Both the position numbers and the translations under genes were made by a program. DNA of 62,923 nucleotides, the filler included. It is 6 parts of 6 records of this genome, joined end to end, with 100 filler letters (N's around TTAATTAATTAA, not from the genome) between each part and the next. Parts side by side here need not be neighbours in the genome. Positions count along the whole stretch, not along the records: positions 3,425 to 27,381 come from SRR20825010_2558; 5 more parts are not named here. One strand, 5' to 3'. Positions 10,075 to 22,500 of the stretch are shown piece by piece. The notes beneath the pieces are model-generated. The model saw only the letters and a list, made by a program, of their open reading frames with translations. It did no database searches and was not told the DNA's origin. Numbering within the stretch: the first letter of the stretch is position 1; each line of letters begins with the position of its first letter.

Positions 10075-10332
10075 ATGTTCACGAAGCTCACCCAATTGTT
10101 GCTCGCCCTCGCGTTTGTTGCTGTTTTGGGCGGATGCGAAAAAGGCTCAGACACCGCTGCCGGAATCGCTGACCAAGCCAAAGCGGGTGTCGATTCCGCT
10201 GCTGGTTCCGCGAAAGACGCGACCACAGACATGGTTCCTGAAGCTGCCAAAGAAACCGTTGATGGTGCCATCGACCAAGGTGGCGAGAAAGCCAAAGAAG
10301 GCATCGATGCAGCTGCCGGCACCGCCGAGTAG
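10075..10332 (+). CDS. Small Ala/Asp/Lys-rich lipoprotein
   Basis: Hydrophobic leader ending in lipobox LGGC; low-complexity mature part; terminator follows. Confidence 0.8.
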   Translation: MFTKLTQLLLALAFVAVLGGCEKGSDTAAGIADQAKAGVDSAAGSAKDATTDMVPEAAKETVDGAIDQGGEKAKEGIDAAAGTAE

Positions 10333-10351
10333 TCAAATGGACTCGCGATAA

Positions 10352-12694
<2,343 letters not shown>

Positions 12695-14566
12695 TCACGC
12701 CCCGTCGGTTTCCTCGTCTGACTTCGGTGGCAATTTGCCCCCGTTTTCTTTCGCCACAATCACCGCCTCTTCCAAGTCCCGCACCAACTTTGGATTGATG
12801 TGTTTGGTCAGCATTTCACGTGTCACGCTGAACATCTCATCCACTTTGCGTTGTTGATTGGCATTCTTCCCGATCGCTTTGATGAACTCAGACTGACGCT
12901 TGCCCATGTCGTTGGCGAGACGTTCGTTGGTCGGTTGATTTCGCAAAACTTCCAACAACTCTTCGGCTGGTTCTAAATCACCCCGTTCGAGTCGCATCAT
13001 GATTCGAGCTTTGAACAATTCGCGAATTGCCAGAAGGTCGATGATCGAATTTTGGACGCCACGGATGTATGACTCAGCTTGCAAACGCATGTCGTCGCCA
13101 CCGAGATCGGCAACCATCTTTTCGTGATGACCGGGAACCATCGGCAATCGAGCCAACACGGCGCCGCCGTTTTTGACGTACAACAATCGTAGAGGCTGTT
13201 CGTCGGTCGGTTCAACATCCAAGCGACCGTTCCAATCGGTACGGCCAATGAATGTCATGCTTTTGCCTTCGAGTTCCTTTTCGTAAATCTCGTATCCAAT
13301 CAGCGGCTGATTCGGGTCACCCTTGGCATGCAAACGCAACAGCGTCTGATCTTTTCGCGGTCGGATACGGAGCCCGACTCGGTGGGTGCGTGCGTTCTTT
13401 CGACCCTGCAGTCCACCCGCTCGCCCCGCATGAAAATCCATTTTGACGCGGCGCCCGTCCAACTCTTTGGCGAGCAAGTAGGCCCAGTCGAGCGGCCCAA
13501 TCGAAATCGGATTGCCGTTGCGATCATCTTTGCGAACCATCGGCACCAACACGTCGCCTACGTCGACCAGTGCCGGTGAATTCTTGTCAGTCACCAATCC
13601 CGACGCTCGCACCAATCCAACTGCATTGCTCTTTCCCGCGTCATCGATCCGGGCCACGGGAGCAAAGACATCTCGCAGCGTTGCGCCGACAACTTCAGGC
13701 AATAGATTGAAACTGGAAACCGTGGCTCGTGATGTGTCGCCGAAATACCGCATCAGAGTATCGAACTCAACGCTTTCGACTTTCATCGGTGAGGTTGCCG
13801 TTCGAATGCGAACGATAAAGATTTTGTCATAGGCTTCCGCGGCATCGATGACCTGACCGGTAATTGGCGGAACAATGATCTTGGCTTCTGGTTCGGTCAG
13901 AGTTTCCGCCATGCCGCGCGAGACCAAGATGGCCTCGGTGTCTTCTTTCGCCCACGCGTCCTTCAGTGCGACGGCATCGCCCTCGATCGCATGCAGGATT
14001 CTCAGCCAAGCATTCTTTGGAGAATCTGGATCACCAGCCAATCGAGCGCGGATCTCTTCCATGCGGCCCGTCGTGGTCAGAATGCTAGACGCGTACCGGC
14101 CCACATCACCTGCGAAACGAATTCGGACGGCATCACCGTGAGACCTTTTGACGGCAATCACTGGATCCGTGGCGGCTAACGTATCGAAGTTGACTTCGGA
14201 TAACACTCGCATTGCCATCGAAGCCACTGACATGGGCGCGTCTTCGATCTTCGTCCGCCATACCGCATGAAAATCGCGATCGAGGACCTTCTGCAAATCA
14301 TCTCGCAATGTGTCGGCACAAACACGAGGAGAGTCTGACGCAACCCAAATCAATGTTCGATATGGATCGAAATCGAATGGTTGAACCTCTTTGGTCTCGA
14401 CTTCCGCGTCAGGATCAGTCTCCGACGCTGGATCCGTTTGGACGGCAGCATCGCCATTTGGTTCTTGCCCACGCGCAGATGGCCCCAGTGCGATGAACAA
14501 GGCGATCAGAAAGGTCGCATATCGAAGCAGCGGACCGGAATTAGAAAACAATGTTGCGATACTCAT
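12695..14566 (-). CDS. Hypothetical exported protein (planctomycete)
   Basis: About 620 aa with signal peptide; ATGA overlap with the upstream solute-binding protein gene; no family recognised. Confidence 0.8.
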   Translation of the reverse strand: MSIATLFSNSGPLLRYATFLIALFIALGPSARGQEPNGDAAVQTDPASETDPDAEVETKEVQPFDFDPYRTLIWVASDSPRVCADTLRDDLQKVLDRDFHAVWRTKIEDAPMSVASMAMRVLSEVNFDTLAATDPVIAVKRSHGDAVRIRFAGDVGRYASSILTTTGRMEEIRARLAGDPDSPKNAWLRILHAIEGDAVALKDAWAKEDTEAILVSRGMAETLTEPEAKIIVPPITGQVIDAAEAYDKIFIVRIRTATSPMKVESVEFDTLMRYFGDTSRATVSSFNLLPEVVGATLRDVFAPVARIDDAGKSNAVGLVRASGLVTDKNSPALVDVGDVLVPMVRKDDRNGNPISIGPLDWAYLLAKELDGRRVKMDFHAGRAGGLQGRKNARTHRVGLRIRPRKDQTLLRLHAKGDPNQPLIGYEIYEKELEGKSMTFIGRTDWNGRLDVEPTDEQPLRLLYVKNGGAVLARLPMVPGHHEKMVADLGGDDMRLQAESYIRGVQNSIIDLLAIRELFKARIMMRLERGDLEPAEELLEVLRNQPTNERLANDMGKRQSEFIKAIGKNANQQRKVDEMFSVTREMLTKHINPKLVRDLEEAVIVAKENGGKLPPKSDEETDGA

Positions 14567-16944
14567 TGACTCAACCGCCATTTTTCAGCGTTCTGATACA
14601 GCGACACAATGTCAGACCCCACGCCCAGCAAATCTCGGCTGTAGGCGTACGAATCGACCAATTGCCACAACGGCAGCACAGGCAGTTCGTGATGAGCGAT
14701 CGCATGCAAATCCAACAATCGGTCTCGAGCATCTCGCCAGTTCTTAGACTCTTCTAAACGTCGCAAACCAAGTCCGACCAATTGATCGGTGCTGCCAGCC
14801 ATGCCTTCGGGACCGAGAACACGACGAGCGTCAATGATTGGCTCCCATACCGCGGCCGACACATACGCGATGTCGGCGGTCCCCGGATCCGGAAACGCGC
14901 GACCGACGGGCAACTCAACCAACTCGATTTCCAATCCCAACAATTGCCATTGGCTGCGGATGGCTTCGCAAGCGATTCGAGAAAGGTTCTCCGGTGGAAA
15001 CGCCAGACGAATTGGTTTTAGCTCAGGTGGCTTTTCTTTTTTCCGTGACGCTTCGGATTCCATTTGCTTGGCGGTCATCGTCATCAGGAGCTTCGCCAAA
15101 CGGGGCTCGTAATTACGAGGTGCAATGGATTGATCATAGGCGTAGCCAAGCGGGTCATTGTCTTCGAGTCCCGCGGGAAATGGCCCCGACAAAACGCGAC
15201 ATCCAGGGACTTCCAAGCTCTCCAGCAATTCACCATTCAAGATGTCTTCCCGGTTGGTTCCATACACCAACGCACGCCGGAATGTCTTGTCGGCCAGATA
15301 CTCGTGGTCGCTGCACGGAACCAGCATGTGCACGCTGGGAAGCGGATAGTTGACGACGCGAACCTTTCGATTGCTGGACAACCGCACCGCATCAGCGGGG
15401 AACAATTGGTCCAGCACGTCGACCTCGCCTTGCAACAATTTGCTCACGCCGTCGGCTGCTGATTCCGTTCGAATCTCAACAATCTCGCGTGGCTGCAATT
15501 CGGTGCGAGGCTCTCCTTTGAGGACATAACGCACCACGTCGCCTTCGACGACGTCGCGGCGATAGTCACCGGTGGGAGAACCTGGCTCGCCGCCAAACCA
15601 AGATCCATCAACGGTGACCTGAATCAATGCTGATGGAAGCACGTTGGGACGCCGTAAGATGCAATCGATTCGTTTGGGACCGTCCAGCCCGATGGCCTGA
15701 ACCGCGGCGGCCCAAGGCGAGAAGTAAGTCGGCGATTCTGATTTGACTCGGCCTGCCAAAACATCGGCCAGATAGAAGCCATCGACTTGATTGAGAGGTT
15801 CCGGCAATCGTTCGGGTTCCAAAAACATCGAGAACCGTTGACGGTCGGGACTCTGTTCCGTGTCACCAAAAATGAATTCGTACTCGCCGCCCTCGGGACC
15901 CGCTCCCTGCATCTCGAACAACACGCGGTACAGCAACCGTCCGGCGCGACGCGCGGCCCAGTTATCCAAACGAGTTGGATCCAAAACGGTTGCGGTTTGC
16001 AAAACTCCGACATTCACCAACGGGTAGATCTGATCGACTTTGCGAACCAGTTCCGTGCCGCCTTCGATGTCAGGTTTGAGGAAGATACTCTCACGCGAGA
16101 ACTTGCGTGCTTCGCGATATTTCTTGGCTTCTAGTGCTGCCAAAGCTTGGTCGCGTTTGTCTTCCGCCATCGATAGGAATCGAGCATTCCATTTCTTGAT
16201 CGATGACAAATCCTGGCCGCGATATTCCTTTTCCAACCGCGCCAGCAACTGCTGCCCCAACTCCAACTTTCCGTCGCTGACGAGTTGCTCCATCAGCTGA
16301 TCCGTCAACGCGCCAATTGCGGTTAAAACCGTTTGCGTCTTGTACTCCGGTGCATAGCGACGCAGTTCTTCCAACATCGCCAGTGACGCACCGTACTCAC
16401 CATTCTTTGCTCGTCGCCCCGCATCTCGCCACAAGAACTCCGTCCGCAGCTGTCTCAGGCCGGGGCGAGCCGGGTAGTCACGAATCAACACCGACAGAAA
16501 CGGGTAAGCACCGACGAAGTCACCGGCCTTGATTCGTTCGGCCGTTTCTCGTTCGAGACGTTTTTCCCAGAAATCGATGTTCTCGATGTCGGTCCACTTC
16601 GCAACAAATTCTTGTTGCTCCACACCGACGATGCTGAACTTCAGCGATCCAGTCGGCGAGGCTGGGATCTCGCGTCTGGGTAGATCCAACAACCGAGTCT
16701 TCACCCAACCGCCGCCGGACTTCTGCGTGAAGTAAATCAGGTCGTGAGGTTCTTCCTGCAGCAGTTCCAAACCGGGAGCTTCCGGACGACCGGACTCGGC
16801 ATAGTTCAGCAATTGGGCGTGCCCACTGGACGCGCACACGACGAAAAGAACCACCGCCAAAAGAGCTTTCTTAGCGACGCGTGGAATGCAGCGAGGTCGT
16901 CGAAAATGCAACACGTTGGAATTCATCAAGGACTGGAATTGCAT
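14563..16944 (-). CDS. Family 5 (OppA/DppA-like) solute-binding protein with helical/TPR-like N-terminal extension
   Basis: LLQGEVDV, FRRALVYGTNREDIL, IRSQWQLLGLEIEL and ELPVLPLW; signal peptide. Confidence 0.8.
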   Translation of the reverse strand: MQFQSLMNSNVLHFRRPRCIPRVAKKALLAVVLFVVCASSGHAQLLNYAESGRPEAPGLELLQEEPHDLIYFTQKSGGGWVKTRLLDLPRREIPASPTGSLKFSIVGVEQQEFVAKWTDIENIDFWEKRLERETAERIKAGDFVGAYPFLSVLIRDYPARPGLRQLRTEFLWRDAGRRAKNGEYGASLAMLEELRRYAPEYKTQTVLTAIGALTDQLMEQLVSDGKLELGQQLLARLEKEYRGQDLSSIKKWNARFLSMAEDKRDQALAALEAKKYREARKFSRESIFLKPDIEGGTELVRKVDQIYPLVNVGVLQTATVLDPTRLDNWAARRAGRLLYRVLFEMQGAGPEGGEYEFIFGDTEQSPDRQRFSMFLEPERLPEPLNQVDGFYLADVLAGRVKSESPTYFSPWAAAVQAIGLDGPKRIDCILRRPNVLPSALIQVTVDGSWFGGEPGSPTGDYRRDVVEGDVVRYVLKGEPRTELQPREIVEIRTESAADGVSKLLQGEVDVLDQLFPADAVRLSSNRKVRVVNYPLPSVHMLVPCSDHEYLADKTFRRALVYGTNREDILNGELLESLEVPGCRVLSGPFPAGLEDNDPLGYAYDQSIAPRNYEPRLAKLLMTMTAKQMESEASRKKEKPPELKPIRLAFPPENLSRIACEAIRSQWQLLGLEIELVELPVGRAFPDPGTADIAYVSAAVWEPIIDARRVLGPEGMAGSTDQLVGLGLRRLEESKNWRDARDRLLDLHAIAHHELPVLPLWQLVDSYAYSRDLLGVGSDIVSLYQNAEKWRLSQ

Positions 16945-16949
16945 GGATA

Positions 16950-19900
16950 TCAGGCGTCACCGGGAATGTTCGTGATGTAGACGACACCTTCCGTGCCCGG
17001 GACCAGCAACTTATCGCCAACAGGCAACGGGCCGGCCGACAAAGGTTGGCCCAAGAGGGTAGTGCCAACCACATTGCCGGAGGCGGGATCGACCGCGGTC
17101 AACCAACCATCTTTGCCGGTCAGAACCCAACGACCACCGGTCGAAACGACTTGGTCGACCAACAAACCGCCTTCTGGCATTTGCGTTTGGAAGAGAGGTT
17201 CACCCGACGCACTGAAACCTCGCAACACTTGGTCGTCTGTGATCAACAATGCGATCTCACCATTGGAATCCGACGGAGCAGCGATGGGTCCCCAAACGAT
17301 CCGTCCGTCCAAGACCTTCTTGAACGTTTGTTCGAGCCCCGTTTGATCGTGTCCGACCAAGTAATCCGATGCGGGACCACTGACACTGCCGAGCAAGCTC
17401 GATTCGATGCCGGCCACGGTGCCCAAGAAAGGCGACTCCAAGTCAACGCTCGATAACTCTCGGATCTGGTCGCCGACTCGCAATCGATAAAGCTTCTTCC
17501 GACTGTCTGCGATCAACACTTGATCGGGGTCAGCGGCACTCTTGATTGGGTTGGTCCACTGAACCGTGGCGGTGGGGTCGCTGGCCGGTTGGAACGGAGC
17601 CCCTTTAACGCTTCCGGTTTGCCAATCCATCAACACAGCACGCCCGGTATCAAGCGGCAAGAACAAACCACCGCCACTGAACGTTGCCACTCCGGTCGGC
17701 TTGGGCCCGGTCAACTGGAACGTCACCTTGCGTAGTTTTTCACTTCGACGGGTAGGGTCATAGATCAACGCTTCACCCTTCTGAGATTGATTCAGCAGCA
17801 TGCGTCGAACGTCATCCACCACGATGGGGTTTTGGAAACTCATCGAGATTCCGTTGGCACCTGGGTTTTCGATCGGGCCTTGCGTTGAACCCTCCGAGAG
17901 CGATTCCGCCGTCAACTCGAACAGTGCACCTTGGCTGGTGACCGCATGAAAACCACTTTCGGGAGCGCGCGTGATCATGGCGATTGGTGTTCCGACATCG
18001 GTCCGCCACAATTCGCGTCCCGTCTTAGGTTCCGCCGCCGTCACACGAATCGCGGAGGTGCCTTTCAACACGCGAGCGTGGACGAGAACATCATCAAGCG
18101 ACAATGGTTGGCCGATGAAGGTGTCACCTTCGTTCTTGCCCCAATCGTAAACGACGCGGCCCGTGTTGATTTGCAATTCATAACGACCGATTCGCGTTCC
18201 GGTGATCCACATTTGACTGCGACCGACCGCCATACGAGTCAGCGTGGGTTTGTCATACGCGGCAACCTGCTGAGCGATCAGCGAGACCTGCTCTTTTTCA
18301 GACGTGGGCTCAATGTCGTACACCGCAACTTGGCCACGATCGGTCAATACGATCAATCGACGGTTTTGAACAATCGGTGGTACGACAACATTGCCATCCA
18401 ATCGGAAAGGACTCTGAGCGATCTTGATGTTTTCGCCGTTCTCGTCGACTTTCAGCACGTGAACCTGAGCGTAGTCGCTACCGGCGTTTTCGATCACAAA
18501 CACGTGCCCCAACAATGACACAGGAGCGACCGCAATCGTTCCTTCGTCGTGTTCGAGATACAAGCTTTCGATGCACTTGCCATCGCGTGCATTGAGCACA
18601 TACAGGTTGCTGTGACTGCCGGGGATATAAATTCGATTCAGCGTGTCATCGAGCCCCGCGGGCGTCGATAACTCCTGCGACAAATCCGTCGACCATTTGA
18701 CATCGCCCGAATCCGAATCCAAGGAAACCAACGTGCCCGAATCCATGGTCACCAAAATGGAATCGCGTCCCGAAACAGGTTCAACAAACGGCTCGCCAAA
18801 TTTCGCACGCCATTCGACTTCGCCGTCTTCTCCGCGACAGCGACGAATTTCGTCGTTGGCCATGTCAGACAAAAGGACTGCGGTGCCATCGTCCAAACGC
18901 AGCGGCGTGTAATCTTCGCCTTGCCCGGTGTAATCACGCCACAACAAACGACCGTCGTCGACCGCGAACGCTAATACCGATCCACCGGCACGCAGGAAAA
19001 AGACTTCCTTTTCCACGCCCGGAATGGAATCACCCTGACGTGTTGTCAGCACAATGGACTTCACAGCGGCGTCACTGGCCGGTTCGTTCGTGATCTTCGG
19101 AGTCTTTGCCGATGGCTTGACCAACGTTTGTTGAATGTCGCTCGCTTCTTCAATCAATGTCACCAAACGCGGGTCTTTGGCCAGTTCAGGAAAGTCGCGA
19201 AGCAACGAGTCGCGTTCGTCGTAAGCTTCCTTTGTCTTTTTCTCCGCCAATGCGGTTTGCATGGCTGCTTCAGTCGCATCCAAACGAACGTTGCGATCAA
19301 TTTCGCGTTTGACGCGGTTGCGTGCTTCACTCAATTGCAACAAACGACCGGACAACGTTGTCTTCATTGTCGACAACATGTAGTTCGGGTTGTCGATCAG
19401 CGTTTGCTGCTCATCGAGTCGCTCAAGCAGGCGCCGTTTCTCTTCGGTTTCTTTTGCCGCCTCGGCTTCTCTCGCGATGTTCTCAGCGACATCGACGAGG
19501 AAGCCAGCTAGGTTGCCGCGTTCATCGTTCATCGCCTCTTCATTGATGATCGTTGGCAGCTTCTCCTTTGCCATTTCCAAACCGGCAACGGGGTCAGTCA
19601 TTTGCTCGGCACGAAACAATTCGCACATCGTGATTCGTGTTCGCGCCAGCGAGGAGTACTGGCTGTTCTCACCAAACTGATCGAGGTAAGCGATGTAGGC
19701 GTCTTGGGCGGGTTGATAACTTTGGCTGTCGTACTGCTTGTTTGCCAACGCAATGAACTCGTCCGCGTTGCCCTTGGAAAGCACAAACCAGAGCACACCG
19801 CCGGCGATGATCAAGAATCCGATGATTCCCAAGTAGCCATAGATTTTGAACGAGTCCCACGTGGACTTGGTCTCTGGCTTCTTCACTCGAGCAGACGGGC

Positions 19901-20312
19901 GACCGCGAGACGGCGCTCCGTCCATCGCATCCCCCATGACTTCCGCCTCGGCGACCACTTCGACGGGTTCTGCCTCAATGGCTTCGACTTCGACCGGATT
20001 GTCACCAAATGGGTCGTCGTCTTCGATAACGGCTTCGGCAACCTCTTCATCGTCGATCAATTGCGCCGTCAAATCTTCTTCGCCTTCGATCACTTCCGCA
20101 GCTTCGGAATCGTATGATTCGCTGCGCAGTTCCCCGATCAGCTTGGTCGCTTGGAATCGTGTCAGTTGCCCATTGTCGACCAACAACTTGGCCACCGCTT
20201 CGGGCGTCACGCGCGAGCCACCTTGAGACATTTGTTCTCGCAACGCCTCAATGATCTCTTGGTCCAAGAGACCCCGCCGTTCCAGTTGGTCAATCAGTTC
20301 GTTTGCAAGCAT
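16950..20312 (-). CDS. Large bitopic membrane protein with TPR-like helices and PQQ/BamB-like beta-propeller repeats
   Basis: Acidic N-terminus, one TM (IYGYLGIIGFLIIAGGVLWFVL), helical region, repeated D-x-x-x-G-x-x-x-W blades. Confidence 0.8.
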   Translation of the reverse strand: MLANELIDQLERRGLLDQEIIEALREQMSQGGSRVTPEAVAKLLVDNGQLTRFQATKLIGELRSESYDSEAAEVIEGEEDLTAQLIDDEEVAEAVIEDDDPFGDNPVEVEAIEAEPVEVVAEAEVMGDAMDGAPSRGRPSARVKKPETKSTWDSFKIYGYLGIIGFLIIAGGVLWFVLSKGNADEFIALANKQYDSQSYQPAQDAYIAYLDQFGENSQYSSLARTRITMCELFRAEQMTDPVAGLEMAKEKLPTIINEEAMNDERGNLAGFLVDVAENIAREAEAAKETEEKRRLLERLDEQQTLIDNPNYMLSTMKTTLSGRLLQLSEARNRVKREIDRNVRLDATEAAMQTALAEKKTKEAYDERDSLLRDFPELAKDPRLVTLIEEASDIQQTLVKPSAKTPKITNEPASDAAVKSIVLTTRQGDSIPGVEKEVFFLRAGGSVLAFAVDDGRLLWRDYTGQGEDYTPLRLDDGTAVLLSDMANDEIRRCRGEDGEVEWRAKFGEPFVEPVSGRDSILVTMDSGTLVSLDSDSGDVKWSTDLSQELSTPAGLDDTLNRIYIPGSHSNLYVLNARDGKCIESLYLEHDEGTIAVAPVSLLGHVFVIENAGSDYAQVHVLKVDENGENIKIAQSPFRLDGNVVVPPIVQNRRLIVLTDRGQVAVYDIEPTSEKEQVSLIAQQVAAYDKPTLTRMAVGRSQMWITGTRIGRYELQINTGRVVYDWGKNEGDTFIGQPLSLDDVLVHARVLKGTSAIRVTAAEPKTGRELWRTDVGTPIAMITRAPESGFHAVTSQGALFELTAESLSEGSTQGPIENPGANGISMSFQNPIVVDDVRRMLLNQSQKGEALIYDPTRRSEKLRKVTFQLTGPKPTGVATFSGGGLFLPLDTGRAVLMDWQTGSVKGAPFQPASDPTATVQWTNPIKSAADPDQVLIADSRKKLYRLRVGDQIRELSSVDLESPFLGTVAGIESSLLGSVSGPASDYLVGHDQTGLEQTFKKVLDGRIVWGPIAAPSDSNGEIALLITDDQVLRGFSASGEPLFQTQMPEGGLLVDQVVSTGGRWVLTGKDGWLTAVDPASGNVVGTTLLGQPLSAGPLPVGDKLLVPGTEGVVYITNIPGDA

Positions 20313-20451
20313 GTTGATGAATGTGAAACCGCCGACCATCGAGCCGGTGGGTTCTGTTGGTGGATAGAAAAGACAAGAGGCAAAGAATCACGAACACTGA
20401 CGCGGGGATGATGTCAGCGTGCGATGAAGGGAATGAGCTTCGAGAAAAGGA

Positions 20452-21231
20452 TCAGTCAAAACCGTCGACTTCCGTGACCTGCAAGGCCGCAAAACCAGCA
20501 ATCGTTCCAGCGTCCATGCCATCGACCAGAAACTGCAGCTTGGCATTTTCGTGAACCTTGATGTTCAACTGCATGCCATCGCGATTGTCGCCCACCGCCT
20601 CTTTCAGGGCACTGATCAAGTTCTGTTTACCAGGTGTTTCTTTTTCCCATTCAGGAGCAAGAACGAGGAAGCCGCCGTTCTCGTCGATCTCGAGTTCGAC
20701 AGGGTCTTTTTCGTCGGTTTCTTCAGGATCGTTGTTCGTGCTGGGCAGCTCGGATTGCTGGCGAGGCATCTGGATCGACTTTTGCAGCGAGAAGCTCGCC
20801 GTGACCATGAAGAAGATCAGCAGCAAGAACGTCACATCGACCATCGGTGTCATGTCCAACTCGCCGTCATCGCGTTTCTTCCGCGGCGGCAGGGCATCGT
20901 CATCATCGTCATCCAAACTGAACGCGGCGGGTTCGACCGAGTCAGCCGCCGCAGCAACATCGCCCATCGCGGCATGAGCTTTGGAAGCAGCACTCCCAAC
21001 AGCCACCAACTCAGGCTCCGCATCCACAACCGGCTCCGCTGGGATCGCTTCGACCGCCACCGGTTCAGCCTCGATTGGCTCAACCTCCACCGGTTCGGCT
21101 TCGACGACAGCGGGCGCCTCCGGGATCGTGATAGGTGAGTCACAACCTGGGCACCGAATTTTTCGTCCGCCCAAGCGTTCGTTCACGAGACGTGACTCAC
21201 CGCAGGAAGGGCACTCAAATTGGATTGACAT
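20452..21231 (-). CDS. exbD: ExbD/TolR-family protein with N-terminal zinc ribbon
   Basis: DMTPMVDVTFLLLIFFMVTASF; N-terminal CPSC-x17-CPGC. Confidence 0.88.
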   Translation of the reverse strand: MSIQFECPSCGESRLVNERLGGRKIRCPGCDSPITIPEAPAVVEAEPVEVEPIEAEPVAVEAIPAEPVVDAEPELVAVGSAASKAHAAMGDVAAAADSVEPAAFSLDDDDDDALPPRKKRDDGELDMTPMVDVTFLLLIFFMVTASFSLQKSIQMPRQQSELPSTNNDPEETDEKDPVELEIDENGGFLVLAPEWEKETPGKQNLISALKEAVGDNRDGMQLNIKVHENAKLQFLVDGMDAGTIAGFAALQVTEVDGFD

Positions 21232-21270
21232 GTTTGTCACTCAAAACGGATGCGGGTTAGGAACGAATGA

Positions 21271-21291
21271 AAAAGGTACCTGACACCTTTT
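21271..21291. repeat. Short palindromic intergenic element AAAAGGT-ACCTGAC-ACCTTTT
   Basis: 7-bp inverted arms with a 7-nt loop, between the two exbD genes. Confidence 0.55.
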
Positions 21292-21304
21292 CCCAGCTCG
21301 TTGC

Positions 21305-21793
21305 TTACTGTTCTTTGACGGCGATGTAAGTGAATTCTAAATCTTGAAACGCGTCGCCAATGATCTTCTGAACTCTGGTGACCTCGGACACCTTCACCTC
21401 TGCGTCCCCGAGCAACATCACTTGGTTCTTGTTTGTCCCGATGGACTTCTCCAATTCGCCAGTGACGTATTCAACGATCTCACTGGTTGCGGTCTCTTCG
21501 TCTTTGCTGAATTCACTACCGTCGTAACGACGCAAAATCGCGGGTGAATCACCGCCGGCGGGTTCAATGAAAATGACGGCCGAATCCTTCGCGGATATGG
21601 CCAAACCGTTGGTCGCCTCAGGAATCTTGCCGGTTTGGGTCGGATCCATTTTGGATGCAACCACAAAGAAGATCAGCAATAGGAATGTGATGTCGATCAT
21701 CGGAGTGATGTCCATCTCCTCCTCGGGACGCTTCTTTCGAGGCATCGCTGGTTCGTCGTCATCATCATCGTCATCAATGAATCCTTGACTCAT
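21305..21793 (-). CDS. exbD: ExbD/TolR-family protein
   Basis: DITPMIDITFLLLIFFVVAS; TAATG coupling with exbB. Confidence 0.9.
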   Translation of the reverse strand: MSQGFIDDDDDDDEPAMPRKKRPEEEMDITPMIDITFLLLIFFVVASKMDPTQTGKIPEATNGLAISAKDSAVIFIEPAGGDSPAILRRYDGSEFSKDEETATSEIVEYVTGELEKSIGTNKNQVMLLGDAEVKVSEVTRVQKIIGDAFQDLEFTYIAVKEQ

Positions 21794-22500
21794 TATCGCA
21801 CTCCAGCAGCAATCGCTTCGGCGTTAGCGGAGGCACCATTTTTGGTTGCCGCGCCTTGAGACTTGGCCAAACCAACCTTGAAGGCTTCGAAGAATCGCTG
21901 CAGACCGGACCCCAACAAGTCTTCCATTTTCGCGATCCGAATCATCACGGTGGCGACCAACAACATCAGCGGAATCGCGATTGCCAATCCACTGGCCGTC
22001 GTCACCAGTGCAACCTGAATATCGCCGGCCAGAGCGGAAGGTTCGACTTGCTCAGCCGTTGCGAGCGTTTTAAACGCCCCCATCATCCCGAACACCGTCC
22101 CGAACAACCCGATCATGGGAGCACTTTTGATAACCGTACTGACCCAACTGAGTCGGTACTCAAGATCGCTCATCACGTCGCGTTGAAAACGGTCCATCAT
22201 GATTTGCTTGGCACGTTTAAATCCTTCGTCGCGATTGACGACGGCCATATCGATCATTTGTGGAATCGCACGCACGTCTCCGTCGCAGTATTCGTGCACG
22301 CCTTCATAGTCGCCCGCACGCAGCATTTGCTCGACGTCATCCATGAACGCGTCTTGTTGTTCTTCCGTCTTGAATCGTTTTTGGCCGACGCGAGTCCAGA
22401 CGATCACGATCTGATACAGCCCCCAAAGCGCAACGGCCGCAAGAGCCAGGTACGTTGAGTTGGAGATAATTTCGTACAGCGAAGTTTCAGCGAGCAACAA
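21793..22500 (-). CDS. exbB: MotA/TolQ/ExbB proton channel protein
   Basis: APMIGLFGTVFGMMGAF and ALVTTASGLAIAIP. Confidence 0.92.
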   Translation of the reverse strand: MLLAETSLYEIISNSTYLALAAVALWGLYQIVIVWTRVGQKRFKTEEQQDAFMDDVEQMLRAGDYEGVHEYCDGDVRAIPQMIDMAVVNRDEGFKRAKQIMMDRFQRDVMSDLEYRLSWVSTVIKSAPMIGLFGTVFGMMGAFKTLATAEQVEPSALAGDIQVALVTTASGLAIAIPLMLLVATVMIRIAKMEDLLGSGLQRFFEAFKVGLAKSQGAATKNGASANAEAIAAGVR

